Program-made: the position numbers and the translations under genes
Notes under the pieces: generated by a model
Seen by the model: the letters and a program-made list of their open reading frames with translations, nothing else
Told to the model about the DNA's origin: nothing
Databases searched by the model: none
In this document: positions 27,701 to 37,149 of the stretch, piece by piece
How the letters are laid out: every line of letters begins with the position of its first letter
How positions within the stretch are numbered: the stretch's first letter is position 1
DNA from: Octopus bimaculoides
Taxonomy: Eukaryota
DNA length: 64,000 nt
Reading direction: 5' to 3'
NCBI RefSeq assembly: GCF_001194135.2
Contig: NC_068986.1
Span: forward strand, 89,304,202-89,368,201

Positions 27701-30700
27701 TAATTCCATGACCACTTTTTCTTGTTAAACCTGGGGCTAGTGGATATATAAAAACAGATTTCAGCAGTAGAAAGATTACAAATGCATAAATGGAGTACCG
27801 TAAATTCCCAATATAGCTAGCTTGTTGGGTATACCTTCAGTTTGCTGGCTATATCGTTTTGCAATGTTCCTAATTGAAGCGGCCGGGCATTATCCGTTCG
27901 AAATAGGAAACATTCAATGAGGATTTGGAACAGTGTTTTCAGCCTTTTTAGGAGAGAGATAGACAGCCAGACATACAGACAGAAACACAGAGAGAGAGAT
28001 TTCTTTATTAGCCATGCAGAGCCCAACACAGAGGGATACAATACAATTTAGAATTTTTCTTTTTCAAAATCGATCAAAAGGGATCGAAAAACATTTTGGG
28101 ACGTGTACACTAGGAAATAACAAAAATGTCGTTTTTAACAATTAGAGTTCCCAAAAGGGGGAGTGAATATAACATTGAATAGGTTTATCTGTACAAAGAA
28201 AAACCTACGTAAAAGAGCCACGGTAACCTCGGAAACGAAAACAAAACCATAACATGAAAGCAAAGTATTCCTTCTCTCTTTGTATTATAGGATCATGCTG
28301 AGTGTGTTTCCATCATTCATGCGTACCATCTTTGCCACATTCACCTACATTTTGTTAACATTTTCATTAAAGAAAACCTCCCTCGCTATTCTCACCTTCC
28401 CTTTCAAGTGATGAGAGGTTGGCCAGAGAGGAAAGTGTTTGTCGCTAAACCTTTCAAACGAGTCCTCCATAACATTCTTTTATCATAGTCACCAATACTA
28501 TGAAAACTGCCTTTCCTTCCCGGTTAAAGGAAAGTGGCGAGGCAATATTGACGATAGACTCGGCTGACAACTGATTTCCTCCCACGCGTGACAGCAGCCA
28601 TTCCACATAGTCTCACAGGTCTAAAATGGTTGGACATTGCACGAGTGCAGGCAGAACGGTTTCGTCGCTCTGGCCGCATCTCGGTTTCTTGAAACGTGGT
28701 TGTAGAGCTTATCTTGAATGGCCAATGCTTCCCGATAGTACTTCCAGGCCAGGGAATTCTGGAAATTGTCCATAAGTCCTAAAGTCCTAGCCCGAAAGTG
28801 TTCCTGAAGAGGCGGGTCAAGTATTCCCCGGCGACGCCCAGGGTCTCCCCCAAAACGTCGTTGCACCTCCCCTCCACTAAAACTCTATAGAACTCTTTCG
28901 TGGAATTGAAGTCGCACAAGTGTGATCCCAGCAGAGCTGCTGGAAAGCATGGCGACACTCGCGGTTCCACTTACCCAGCCTCGGTCTCAGTTTGATCCAT
29001 GATTGCAGTTCGGTCAATAAGACGAGCTGCAGGAAGACGCGTCTCACAAAAGGCGACCACACCTGTTCACCGTCGTCTATGAAATGCTGGAGATGTCGCG
29101 CATCATCAACCACAGCATGCCCAGCCCACCATTTAGCGGATGTTGGCAGCAAATAGATCACCTGACCATCGGAAAGCTTCCCTTACACAGAAAGCGGAAG
29201 ACAATGCATTCCAGATTCGTGATTGTAGGATCGGATCAAGGCACGACGGTCAGACGGTTGTAGATAACGGATGCGATGTACGCATTCGCCACCTCAACCC
29301 GAACTTTTAGAGATAGCCTCCTCTCGGCCCACTACCGTGTGAGAGTGGCCACCCTACACGTTATCTCATCCCAGTTCTTCTCCATGTATGTATGTATGTA
29401 TAAGCATCTATATATGTTCTAGTACGCTTTTGAATCTAACATTGTCATATTAAGTATATATTTTGAGTGACTGCTCTGTGAGGGAAAGATTTAAAAACAG
29501 TGTCTGACATGACATGTACTGTATCACGCTATCCTTGAAATTAAATATTAAATAGGGTTTATAAGAGAAATCTGTTCAAGCTTCGGGAACTGAAACTTTT
29601 TACTATTGATTGGTTAATAATTTTTATTTAAAAACATAATTCGAATATTCTTGAAAAGTATTAGGAGAATGATAGCGTTATAAACACCTACATACAAAAT
29701 TCTTTTCCAAACCGATTTTGTATAGAGGCAATACCCTACACAAAGAAAACATAATCAAAAAGAACATGATATGCACCATTCATCCACAACATAATGTTTA
29801 TGTTATATATCTGCATAGCATTGTAAACTAATAAGAGAATATAAATACTCACAGAAGACCTAAAACTATCATTAGAATTACCGACATTTTCAAATACACG
29901 TAACACCAAAATCAAGATAATGTGCAATCTTTTAATAATTATTAATTTTATTTTTATTCTACTGTTAATACTACATTAGCAGCTCAACAATTTTTTGTGC
30001 ACAACATCACAGGGTTTAATAACGTTAATGCCTTTCTCAACCACTATATTGTGGATGACGACAGATAATTTTGAAACATATTTGAATTAGATACTTAGAT
30101 TTATGGTGTATCATGTAATACTTTGTCTTTATGTTATGGCTTAATCCTAAATTATCAAATTTGTAGGATTTGAAGTACGAAGTGACTGCGAAAATAGATA
30201 CTTGCCTCAATGCACTCAAATCTTGAAGCACTACCCATTGAAAAGTCCAGATCCGCACAGCTGCGCGTATGTATTCATATATTTACAACTACTATTACTT
30301 CTACAATTAATACATATTATATTTAAATCAGTGGTTGTAACGTTAAAAAGGTCGCTGATCGGCGACGTGATTTCGGTTATAATTCCATTGCAATCGACTG
30401 ATGTCTTGAATATCTGAAGCCGAAACTTTTCGGAAGACCGTTGTAGCGTATTTTTATGTGCGCGTATGCATGTGTGGTTGTGATTGTATATATATATATA
30501 TGGAAGTGTATGTCTCTTACTACTTGACAGCTACACTAAGTTTGTTTACACTCCGTAATTTAGATGCTCATTAAAACAAAGACTAACAGAATACCTACCT
30601 GCTTTAAATGAGGTAACAGTACTGATATGATCAATGAGCCTACTCAAAGCTAATACCTCAAATATGGATTCGCTCCAATGACTGAAACCAGTAATAGAGT

Positions 30701-31750
30701 AATACAGTGAACAATACAACGACATCGTTAACAACTAAGTCCTATTTCTTCCATTGACACAGAACTAGAAATAATTACCTGGAGCGCAGTATTTCAATAG
30801 GGTACTGTATCCGATTTGTAATGAATATATCGACCTCAAAATGGAGTAAACCAACCACATTCAGAATTCAACACAAGTTTAGCAAAATATTAAATATAGT
30901 TGTATCCGGTGGAAATTCCACAGTTATTTTGAAAATTATGTGTAATTTTCTGAGTCATTAAATCCTTGAGATGATGTAAAACTCCATACAAGTAGTAACA
31001 AAGGTGTAATCTCAAGATACATCTGAATGATTTTATATTCTTTCATCTACTTTCTGAGTTGTCTGTTATTTTTCACTTTGTCTTAAAAAAGTAAACAGTA
31101 TTAACTATTAAGCAAAATCAAAGATATTATCTATAATCTTATTTTGCTTCAACACATTGGTAAAATTCTAACAAATGTTAATAAGACCTTTAAAAAAAAT
31201 TTTAAAAAACCTCAGCAATCTTTAACTTACCAATCTTTAACTAACACTTTTCATTCACTGTTCCCTTCAGCAAATACATTCTTTCTCTCTTATTTTCTCT
31301 ACCCCTTTCTCCGTTTACTTCTTTCTTCTGTGCTAAATATTCTCTTCCATACTCTCTTTCTCTACCTCTCCCTTCAACAATTTAACCACATACCTTAATA
31401 ACAAACCTTTCCTCCTAGGTCTCGCTGCTAACCCCCCCCCCTTTCCCTGTCTCTCTCTCTCCCTTTCCTCAATANNNNNNNNNNNNNNNNNNNNNNNNNN
31501 NNNNNNNNNNNNNNNNNNNNNNNNNNNNNNNNNNNNNNNNNNNNNNNNNNNNNNNNNNNNNNNNNNNNNNNNNNNNNNNNNNNNNNNNNNNNNNNNNNNN
31601 NNNNNNNNNNNNNNNNNNNNNNNNNNNNNNNNNNNNNNNNNNNNNNNNNNNNNNNNNNNNNNNNNNNNNNNNNNNNNNNNNNNNNNNNNNNNNNNNNNNN
31701 NNNNNNNNNNNNNNNNNNNNNNNNNNNNNNNNNNNNNNNNNNNNNNNNNN

Positions 31751-31800
<50 letters not shown>

Positions 31801-33566
31801 CTTTCTTTATTTCTTTCTTTTGTCTAAGGTCTCTTCTTCTTTCTCTCGCTCCACTCCTATCTCTCATTCCACCTCCTTCTCTCACTCTCATTCTACCTCC
31901 ACTATCTATCTTTCTCTCTCTAACTAACATGTGCGGTGCGAACGATAAAACTGGTTTCTACTATATGAACAAGTATACAATTATGGAGCAGGCAATGCAC
32001 TGTTAAGTATAACTCCTGCTTCTGGCTACAAATAATTTTCTTAGTACCGGAAGTATGAATGGATAGTTACAAATTGCAGTAAGGTGAGCTCACAATGTAA
32101 ATAGTGACTACATTGACAGATATTTTAAACTGGTACATACTATTTTCAATACGAAAATTCGAAATATTTTCAAATTTACGGATAATGCTACGTTTCGTTT
32201 TTTAACTTGGAAGTAATTTTTACCAATTTATTTTCCTCATTTAGGCGCCTTGTCCTGTACAAAACGTGTGCTCAGAAACACAAAGACCATCATTGCATGG
32301 AAGCATTTCAAAGAAGATTTGAATCTGATTGCCCTAGTGAGATTATTATATTAATATTCATTTATTAATACGATAAATATATCTTTCAATTTGTTTTATG
32401 ATGTAAAGTTTTAGCAAAATTTTCAAGAACTTTAAGAAGTAAACAAATAAAATATCAAACGTTTAAACCTTTCAGGCAAAGACGACTGCATGGAGATATA
32501 CAAACGTTGTCCGATACCCGTAAGGGATATTCCCTTAGATGAATCAGTTATGAATGAGGAGGACTGCAAGTACATATATATTTTTTTACTCCTCTCACTA
32601 TTATTATTACGTCTAATTACATCTAATATTTGCATGTTTATATAGTAGAATAACTAGTAAAATTTCTTACGTTGTTACAAACCTAGAAATACTTATTGAG
32701 GTGTACTGGGGTCAAAAGGAAACAGTTATCGATCAAAGAATGGTGCATATTCAGGAAAATATCAAATGATCCAGCTTTTAACAAATCCATAAATACGTAT
32801 GTAATTTCAAATAAAATCACACGTCTTGTACTTTTAGGACAATAGTCCTTGAATGGATCGCGTTAGGTTTTAAAATATAATTCAGTGATAATGTTCGAAA
32901 GTAATGGTCGAAAACTGGGAGTAATGTTGGAAAGACGTGTTATTCAATTTTCTTTTTATTTACAAAAAAGATCAGAAATTCTTTGGTTGTGTGGTAAGAG
33001 GATTGCTTCCTAGCCACATGATTCCAGGTTCAGCCCAACTGCGTGACACCTTGGACAAGTGTCTTCTATTAAAGCCGACCAAAGCCTTGTGAGTGATTTG
33101 GTAGACGGGAACTGAAAGAAACCCGTCGTGTATACATATATATATATATAATTGTTCATAGAAAACCATGTAATCGTTACCAATATAGCAAGAGATTTCA
33201 CTGCAAAAGTCTAAATTAGACTCCTTAGGGATCGTTCTTGGTTATATATCCAAAGTTTTAAATTTAAGAGAGAGATTTGACGCTATTATCCATTATTATT
33301 GTAATTTATTCCTATGTCAACATTTCTGTATAAGGCTATATTTGACTATCAAATTTAAGTCAAACATATAAGTTGCCTTACATGTCTTCAGGGAATACAT
33401 TTGGGAACAAACAAAAATCAAACAAAAGTCAAGAATAGGAGATCAATGCCACATTTCTAGGTTTCGCCCATATTTAAAACTTTGGATATATATATATCAA
33501 AAATATTTCAATACAAATGTATTAATTTCCGGTAAATATTGGTGCCTTGTTGTACCACTCTTCTGA

Positions 33567-33622
<56 letters not shown>

Positions 33623-34626
33623 ATGCATGTATGTTTATATATGTGTGTGTATGCATTTGAGTGTCTGTGTTTGTTCCCCCCCAATATCGCTTGACAACCG
33701 ATACTGGTGTGTTTACGTCCCCGTAACTTAGCGGTTCGGCAAAAGAAGATGATAGAATAAGTACTAGGCTTACAAAGAATAAGTCCCGGGATCGATTTGT
33801 TCGACTAAAGGGAGTGCTCCAGCATGGTCGCAGTCAAATACTGAAGCAAGTAACAGAGTATAAAAGTAAAACAGATAATAGTATTAAAACATAATTTCAA
33901 AGAAACATTCCATATGAAATTTGTTTGCATTTTTGTCAAGTTATATCTTCCTTTCCAGAGATCTACTTATTAGAAATTAGTTTGTAAAACATATTTCCTG
34001 TTTCATTAGGAAATATTTTACCAATCCCGGTATAGCTGGCCAAATTAACTCCTGTCCAGATTAAACTTCGGTATTGTTTGGCCTAGGCCAGAGTATATCC
34101 GGTGGATAAACTGTCCTAGGCCAAAACTATACTTGGGGTGTAAAATAACCCAGGCTAGTCTATACCCCTCCAGGCCAAAATATTCCCGTTTAATGTTGTA
34201 GTCAATCTCAAACAATGTCTCGTTAATTAATGCGTATCAAGAGAGTCGTGAACTGTGATTTGATTTTAACAGTAAATTGGTTGAGATTTTTAGTTGTTAG
34301 CAGACGTGACAAATATTTGCTGTCTTTTATGAAAAAATGATCACAAACCCAGGATATTCGACCCGCTTAACTGAATCGGGGATACAAAATCTCAGTGGGT
34401 AATAAATGTATATAGTGCAAGATTTTAAACCTGCTAGATAACAAGATTGAACTACATTACATCGATGATGCAAAATATTGTCAAATATATTCAGGATTTT
34501 CTATTTTGTGCAATGATATTCCCATATTTGTATATTGTAGACGACTAGATAAATATGAAAGATGCTCAACTGAAGACCAAAGATGCAGTAATCTGTTCCA
34601 AACGATGTTTAGTGTCTTATGTTACA
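2703..34626 (+). CDS. Multi-exon gene encoding a tandem six-cysteine repeat protein (17 exons, 1568 nt, ~520 aa, 51 Cys; partial at both ends)
   Basis: Manual reading found 9 A-type and 8 B-type paralogous exons, each bounded by AG and GT. Intron phases are complementary (A 2->1, B 1->2) and no exon has an in-frame stop. Cys spacing is A: C-x6-8-C-x11-C and B: C-x6-7-C-x16-18-C. Confidence 0.9.
2868..3222 (+). mobile_element. 5'-end fragment of a mariner element
   Basis: TIR-like tattaggaaggtgggctgaaaagttc followed by [48 protein letters not shown] (mariner N-terminal HTH). Confidence 0.7.
3258..3632 (+). mobile_element. tRNA-derived SINE
   Basis: tRNA-like head with A box (tggcccagtggtt) and B box (ggtttcgattccc), then a non-tRNA body. 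Confidence 0.75.
5000..5665 (-). mobile_element. Ty3/Gypsy integrase C-terminal fragment
   Basis: Minus strand reads [19 protein letters not shown] and [33 protein letters not shown], typical of Gypsy integrase core and tail. Confidence 0.7.
5700..6940 (+). mobile_element. Degenerate Penelope-like element (GIY-YIG region plus terminal repeat)
   Basis: [18 protein letters not shown] resembles a GIY-YIG motif; the 3' end carries a hammerhead-like relic at 6881-6934. Confidence 0.45.
7651..7865 (+). mobile_element. SINE family with head ggcagaatcgttagcacgccggg (other copies ~25150-25340 minus, 26281-26495, 35216-35260, 49760-50100 minus, 54005-54050, 63400-63560 minus)
   Basis: Dispersed near-identical copies within the window; B-box-like gagttcaaat. 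Confidence 0.75.
8118..8208 (+). CDS. Cys-repeat exon B1-1: (P)[29 protein letters not shown]
   Basis: gtattgcag|CGGCC...TGCAG|gtacat; 91 nt; phase 1->2. Confidence 0.9.
8875..9160 (-). mobile_element. tRNA-derived SINE
   Basis: Minus strand begins atagctcagtggttagaatgtgaggctcacagtcatgaggtaatgagttcgattcccggac (A and B boxes), then a body. Confidence 0.7.
9549..9637 (+). CDS. Cys-repeat exon A2-1: (S)[29 protein letters not shown]
   Basis: tattatag|TCGTT...TGAAG|gtacga; 89 nt; phase 2->1. Confidence 0.88.
10410..10509 (+). CDS. Cys-repeat exon B2-1: (A)[32 protein letters not shown]
   Basis: catttgtag|CTCAT...TGCAA|gtacat; 100 nt; phase 1->2. Confidence 0.9.
10851..10942 (+). CDS. Cys-repeat exon A1-2: (K)[30 protein letters not shown]
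   Basis: catcttccag|ACGCC...GGCG|gtaaga; 92 nt; phase 2->1. Confidence 0.9.
11612..11702 (+). CDS. Cys-repeat exon B1-2: (E)[29 protein letters not shown]
   Basis: gtattgcag|AGGAA...TGCAA|gtacat; 91 nt; phase 1->2. Confidence 0.9.
11913..13188 (+). mobile_element. Full-length (1276 bp) defective mariner (DD34D) transposon
   Basis: Perfect 30-bp TIRs (11913-11942 and 13159-13188) with TA duplication on both sides. Motifs [21 protein letters not shown] and [13 protein letters not shown] are present. The start codon appears mutated to ATA, and there are an in-frame TAG at 12713-12715 and frameshifts. Confidence 0.97.
13743..13831 (+). CDS. Cys-repeat exon A2-2: (K)[29 protein letters not shown]
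   Basis: cattttccag|ACGCA...CCTA|gtaaga; 89 nt; phase 2->1. Confidence 0.9.
14324..14414 (+). CDS. Cys-repeat exon B1-3: (K)[29 protein letters not shown]
   Basis: atttgcag|AAATC...TGCAA|gtacgt; 91 nt; phase 1->2. Confidence 0.9.
16400..17950 (+). mobile_element. Penelope-like retroelement fragment (RT plus GIY-YIG), degenerate
   Basis: [21 protein letters not shown] and WKRYLDDCF (PLE reverse transcriptase); [15 protein letters not shown] (GIY-YIG); followed by a CA-rich tail. Confidence 0.85.
18370..18790 (+). mobile_element. Abundant SINE with internal (AT)/(GT) microsatellite (other copies 22290-22330 head only, 32985-33135 plus 33640-33870, 62547-63182 minus, 63620-63775)
   Basis: Head ggcgcaggagtggttgtgtggtaag...ccgggttcagtc and tail gcagtcaaatgactgaaacaagtaaaagag are repeated across the window. 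Confidence 0.85.
19331..19580 (+). mobile_element. tRNA-headed SINE-like element with (TAA)n spacer and hammerhead-like 3' part (second copy 52417-52680)
   Basis: Head gagcatatggcgtagtggttaag...gagttcgattcc; CTGATGA-stem-GAAAC at 19489-19521; two similar copies in the window. Confidence 0.75.
21905..21993 (+). CDS. Cys-repeat exon A2-3: (K)[29 protein letters not shown]
   Basis: tatcccag|ACGTC...AGAA|gtaaga; 89 nt; phase 2->1. Confidence 0.9.
22620..22900 (+). mobile_element. RTE-like LINE reverse transcriptase fragment
   Basis: YAYADDI followed, after a frameshift, by [28 protein letters not shown]. Confidence 0.55.
23540..24420 (+). mobile_element. CR1/Jockey-like LINE 3' fragment, degenerate
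   Basis: Resembles the LQxDLxxIYKWAxxNxMxFN region ([19 protein letters not shown]) and the downstream YTxKILExL region. Confidence 0.5.
24643..24742 (+). CDS. Cys-repeat exon B2-2: (T)[32 protein letters not shown]
   Basis: aatttgcag|CACCA...TGCCC|gttcgt; 100 nt; phase 1->2; donor is weaker than in paralogs. Confidence 0.85.
25664..25755 (+). CDS. Cys-repeat exon A1-3: (P)[30 protein letters not shown]
   Basis: ctcatccag|GCGCC...CCTG|gtaaga; 92 nt; phase 2->1. Confidence 0.9.
26097..26187 (+). CDS. Cys-repeat exon B1-4: (E)[29 protein letters not shown]
   Basis: gctttcag|AGAAA...TGCAA|gtagat; 91 nt; phase 1->2. Confidence 0.9.
27150..27238 (+). CDS. Cys-repeat exon A2-4: (N)[29 protein letters not shown]
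   Basis: ataccccag|TCGCT...TGAAG|gtacga; 89 nt; phase 2->1. Confidence 0.9.
28000..29390 (-). mobile_element. Tx1/L1-like non-LTR retrotransposon 3' fragment (zf-RVT region)
   Basis: Minus-strand [21 protein letters not shown] region. The homologous fragment at 47390-48000 has ACPRCAQSHETVLHTLVQC. Confidence 0.75.
30167..30266 (+). CDS. Cys-repeat exon B2-3: (G)[32 protein letters not shown]
   Basis: aatttgtag|GATTT...TGCGC|gtatgt; 100 nt; phase 1->2. Confidence 0.88.
32245..32336 (+). CDS. Cys-repeat exon A1-4: (A)[30 protein letters not shown]
   Basis: ctcatttag|GCGCC...CCTA|gtgaga; 92 nt; phase 2->1. Confidence 0.9.
32476..32569 (+). CDS. Cys-repeat exon B1-5: (S)[30 protein letters not shown]
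   Basis: cctttcag|GCAAA...TGCAA|gtacat; 94 nt; phase 1->2; spacing variant C-x6-C-x18-C. Confidence 0.85.
34541..34626 (+). CDS. Cys-repeat exon A2-5: (K)[28 protein letters not shown]
   Basis: tatattgtag|ACGAC...TACA|gtaaga; 86 nt; phase 2->1; last recognisable repeat exon. Confidence 0.87.
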
Positions 34627-34899
34627 GTAAGATTTTTTTCATTAATATATTTCATTTTATTGGCGAACAGTCAGCATCCACGTAGTAAATTCCAAACGAA
34701 AACTGCATTTGCAAAATTACATTTAGGATAACTTCACTTCACTTCTTACTTCCTGATCGAGCAATAGAGGAGGCCCATGAACTGAGTTCTTGATTTCTCC
34801 AGCTGACTTTGCCGTGCGCGAGATCTGGGTTTTTTTTTCTAATAACATATGTGTGTGTCCACATTACCCCTACTTATGTCTTCTTTCTACCACTCAAAG

Positions 34900-35200
34900 T
34901 TTCTTAAAGAATGATTTTTGCCAGGTTAGTAGATCTTTCTGAATAAGCCCACCGTCTCACATTGCTTTTACACAGAATTGTTATATTATCTACTTCGATG
35001 CTACTGTGAGTTAGATGGGTTCGCGCACTTCTTCGGTGGTGATTTGGTCCATGTACAAGAATCATAGGAGGCTCCATCTTATTTCGATTGCATGTGTTTT
35101 TCCTTGTATCAAAGTTGTGACGATCCATATTTCGCATGTTTATGGAAGATTTCGGGTACATATGCTCTGCGGTACCTATACACTTTCTAATGTTAGTTTT
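34900..35200 (-). mobile_element. RTE-like LINE 3' fragment
   Basis: Minus strand reads CEIWIVTTLIQGKTHAIEIRW..LYMDQITTEEVR, resembling the RTE C-terminus (CETWTLT..AFEMRC..DHITNEEVR). Confidence 0.6.
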
Positions 35201-37149
35201 CAACTTCAGACTGTAGGCTGGCAGAATCGTTAGCACGCTAGGTGAAATGGTTGGCGGTATTTTTGACTCCAGTTACTTCAACTGTTATTTATGCCTAGAC
35301 TCTCACTTTTGGAGCAAGGTATCTCTTTTGATGAAACCATTTCTACAGCTTTTATTCAAAGCTATTGGAGAACTTACCAGGGCACCGTCTAAGTCAGCCA
35401 ATTTATATATACTTACTGTCAGCTTATCAATTTTATTCAGCAAATATTAGCATTTTGATATTCGTTTCTCCGAATATACTTGTGCTTATATTATTTTAAG
35501 GGTAACGTTTACAAATTACATAAGTCAGAGGGCGAAGAAGAAGAGCCTAGTCAGTCACTCCTAATGTGACATAAACCTCACTTTTCGTTGTTGCCTTAAC
35601 TTCAAGGAGTTGCTAAAATGAATCAGCTGCTTTACCCTAATGAATATTTTTACGATGACAAATCATTAAGCTCCTTTCTAAAGTCTATGAAGACAAGCTA
35701 GAATTTTCGTTCTTGTCCACTGTATTTCTTGTTGAAAAAGCGGTGTTGAAGACCTAATTAGTAGTACTTCTAACTTTACTGAAACCCGCCTGTTCTATAA
35801 CTTTTTGAGTCGTTAATCTTTTCAGAGGGATTTTAAGTAGTATCTCGCTTGCAAGATTGGTCTTACTGATAATATGATCATTGTTGTAATGTTGGTTTTA
35901 GTACACTATGGAAATCAGTAACACAAAACTTCGAAATTAAGATATCTAGTATAAACGAATGGAGGAAATAACCTTCCATGAGTGACAGATTCCTATTGTC
36001 TAACAAGGAGAACGTAGACATATGCACACAGAGGTTAGATGCTGACAGAAAAATGACTAACCTGCTTGCTAGTATCGTAAAATTCCTTTATCTCCATCAT
36101 ACTAGTTATCCCCACGGTTTGTAGACCATTTCTGTTTCCAACGTCCGTAATTACACCAGTCGAACGGTACCCATTGGGAATATGAAACATTCTTTGAGGA
36201 TTTGAACCTTGTTTATCAGTGGAGTTTTGCATTACACTCACTTTAATTTCTATAAATACGTACACATCCATGTGCGAACTAAGAACAGAACGTGTATATG
36301 TATATTCAAGAAAGGTTAGAATTACAGCTTTAATCTTATTGTAGTGATTACTTTCTTGCTATCCTATTTATATATGTTCCATTTTGAAGTCATACACCCC
36401 AACAGTACGGCTTGAGCACAGCTATCACAAGCACTACTTTACTGACATGCATCAATTAGAATTCGTACACATAATTCGAAAAGGGTGAGACACCATACGA
36501 AGTAAAGAAACTGCAAAGACCAAGGAATCTGCCTTCATCCTGCAATAGGATGTTCATAATTATGTATAAGACTCGTTGACATCCTATTAAAATGGCCTAG
36601 ATGGATATGTTGAGTATGAACGCCACCACACTTGTATACCTGTTTTTCTTTCTACTACAGGGGAGTAGGTCTTTTCCTGGTCTGTGATCCTCCAGTGTTT
36701 TTGCATTCCATATGATAATTGGTCTGTCTTCAGAGAATCTCTGCCAGGTCATTTATCACATTCAGACAAATATAGTAGATATTGTTAATCTGGGTTGATA
36801 CTATTGCGGTATATAGTTACTTTTTGCTTGTTTATTTCAGTGAGCTTTTTCCTACTTACCTTTTGTTTGTTCATTTCACTTGTTTATTTCAATGAGCCAA
36901 TCCTTCATTTCTCACCACAGCTTATTTCTTTCAATTAGATTGTTGAAACGAGGCTGTTTCAATTCGTTTGAGAATTTTATCCTGGCTGGTGAATTAATTT
37001 TCGAAATGATACATTGTTTGGGGGCATTTACTTTTTCCCTCCAGCTGAGTAAGAAATTTTGGGGTTAGCTGACTACCAGGGATAAACATCCACTCCGCTT
37101 AACTAGGGAGCAGTATGCCATTCATCAAAGGCACTCCTTTAATTCAAAG

